DNA from: a bacterium
GTDB taxonomy: Bacteria > Muiribacteriota > UBA6191
DNA: 15,722 nucleotides
Direction of reading: 5' to 3'
Assembly (NCBI GenBank): GCA_036339875.1
Contig: JAYZAC010000170.1
Location: 1-15,722 of the forward strand
This document shows, in pieces, positions 15,099 through 15,722 of this stretch (the stretch's first letter is position 1; each line of letters opens with the position of its first letter). The notes under the pieces are model-generated. The model did no database searches, was not told the origin of the DNA, and saw only the letters and a program-made list of their open reading frames with translations. The position numbers and the translations under genes are program-made.

Positions 15099-15722
15099 TC
15101 AAGACTTAGGCTTCAACCGCGATAGATTAATGCGGTGGATCTCAATTCCTTTTTCTTCAGCGGGACTTAATAGATATAAAAAAGGCGCCTTATAAACACT
15201 TGAGCGCGTCATGTACCAAGGGATTACTTTGAGGTTCAGAGTCTTATTGGTGAGAACCTTTCCTTTATTATCTACCGCCATATAGTGGCTCCACAGATTC
15301 TGTTGTTCGCCATGACTTAATAATAAAGCATCGAGGCTCTTAGCTCCTGCGTTTAATACCTCAATGGCATCATAGCCACCCAGTGGGCTGTTTGCGAAAG
15401 TAAGTTCTGCAGCAAACTTCCCGTTTTTCTGATGTAGGCGATAAAAGTTTATAAGTTCTGGTTTAGAGTCATGCGACTGAAAACCTAAAACAGAGTTTGA
15501 GGGTCCCATTAGTGATGTGACACTGTAGCCAGATTCTTCAGTTGGTGGTTTGATGATCTCTGTAATTTCTTTTTGAGGATAGATCTTAAAAAGACTGCCA
15601 GAAACGCGGTCCAACGAAAATACTTCATTAGAATCTTGGACTTGAAGTCGGTCAAAATAAAGGTCACGACCCTTTACTTTTAATGAGGCTACCACCTCAT
15701 GCTTATTTGTCTTGTAATCGCT
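15099..15722 (-). CDS. Hypothetical protein, C-terminal part (5' end outside window), beta-rich
   Basis: The frame stays open beyond the GTG at 15695 to the window end (SDYKTNKHE-VVASL...). No family recognised; short strand-turn segments might belong to a beta-propeller. Confidence 0.55.
   Translation of the reverse strand, partial: SDYKTNKHEVVASLKVKGRDLYFDRLQVQDSNEVFSLDRVSGSLFKIYPQKEITEIIKPPTEESGYSVTSLMGPSNSVLGFQSHDSKPELINFYRLHQKNGKFAAELTFANSPLGGYDAIEVLNAGAKSLDALLLSHGEQQNLWSHYMAVDNKGKVLTNKTLNLKVIPWYMTRSSVYKAPFLYLLSPAEEKGIEIHRINLSRLKPKS

Noticed and set aside
1..15722. Defence island, prophage, mobile element or CRISPR interpretation
   Set aside because: No integrase, transposase, nuclease, reverse transcriptase, phage genes, terminal repeats or spaced direct repeats were seen; the gene content looks like ordinary chromosome.

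Overview
AT-rich bacterial chromosomal window with 15 closely packed genes. I found no mobile element, CRISPR array, rRNA or tRNA. In order: the 3' part of a radical-SAM/SPASM-type protein; a 325-bp gap holding a sigma70-like promoter, hairpins and a terminator (candidate unannotated ~145-nt RNA); a NUDIX hydrolase; a co-directional tesA-ybbA-ybbP-like esterase/ABC cassette; a tandem zf-TFIIB zinc-ribbon protein; a minus-strand operon (degenerate chemoreceptor-like protein, NatA/NatB-like ABC exporter, lgt); a class I methyltransferase plus a CYTH protein; a secreted unknown coupled to an outer-membrane beta-barrel; a secreted plant-type (GH13_6-like) alpha-amylase; and the 3' end of an unknown minus-strand gene. 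The best leads are the orphan structured RNA, the tip-degenerate MCP-like gene, repeated signs of leaderless or very short-leader transcripts, and the plant-like amylase. All family calls come from recognising motifs by eye, not from database searches. Nothing here proves a new multi-gene system.
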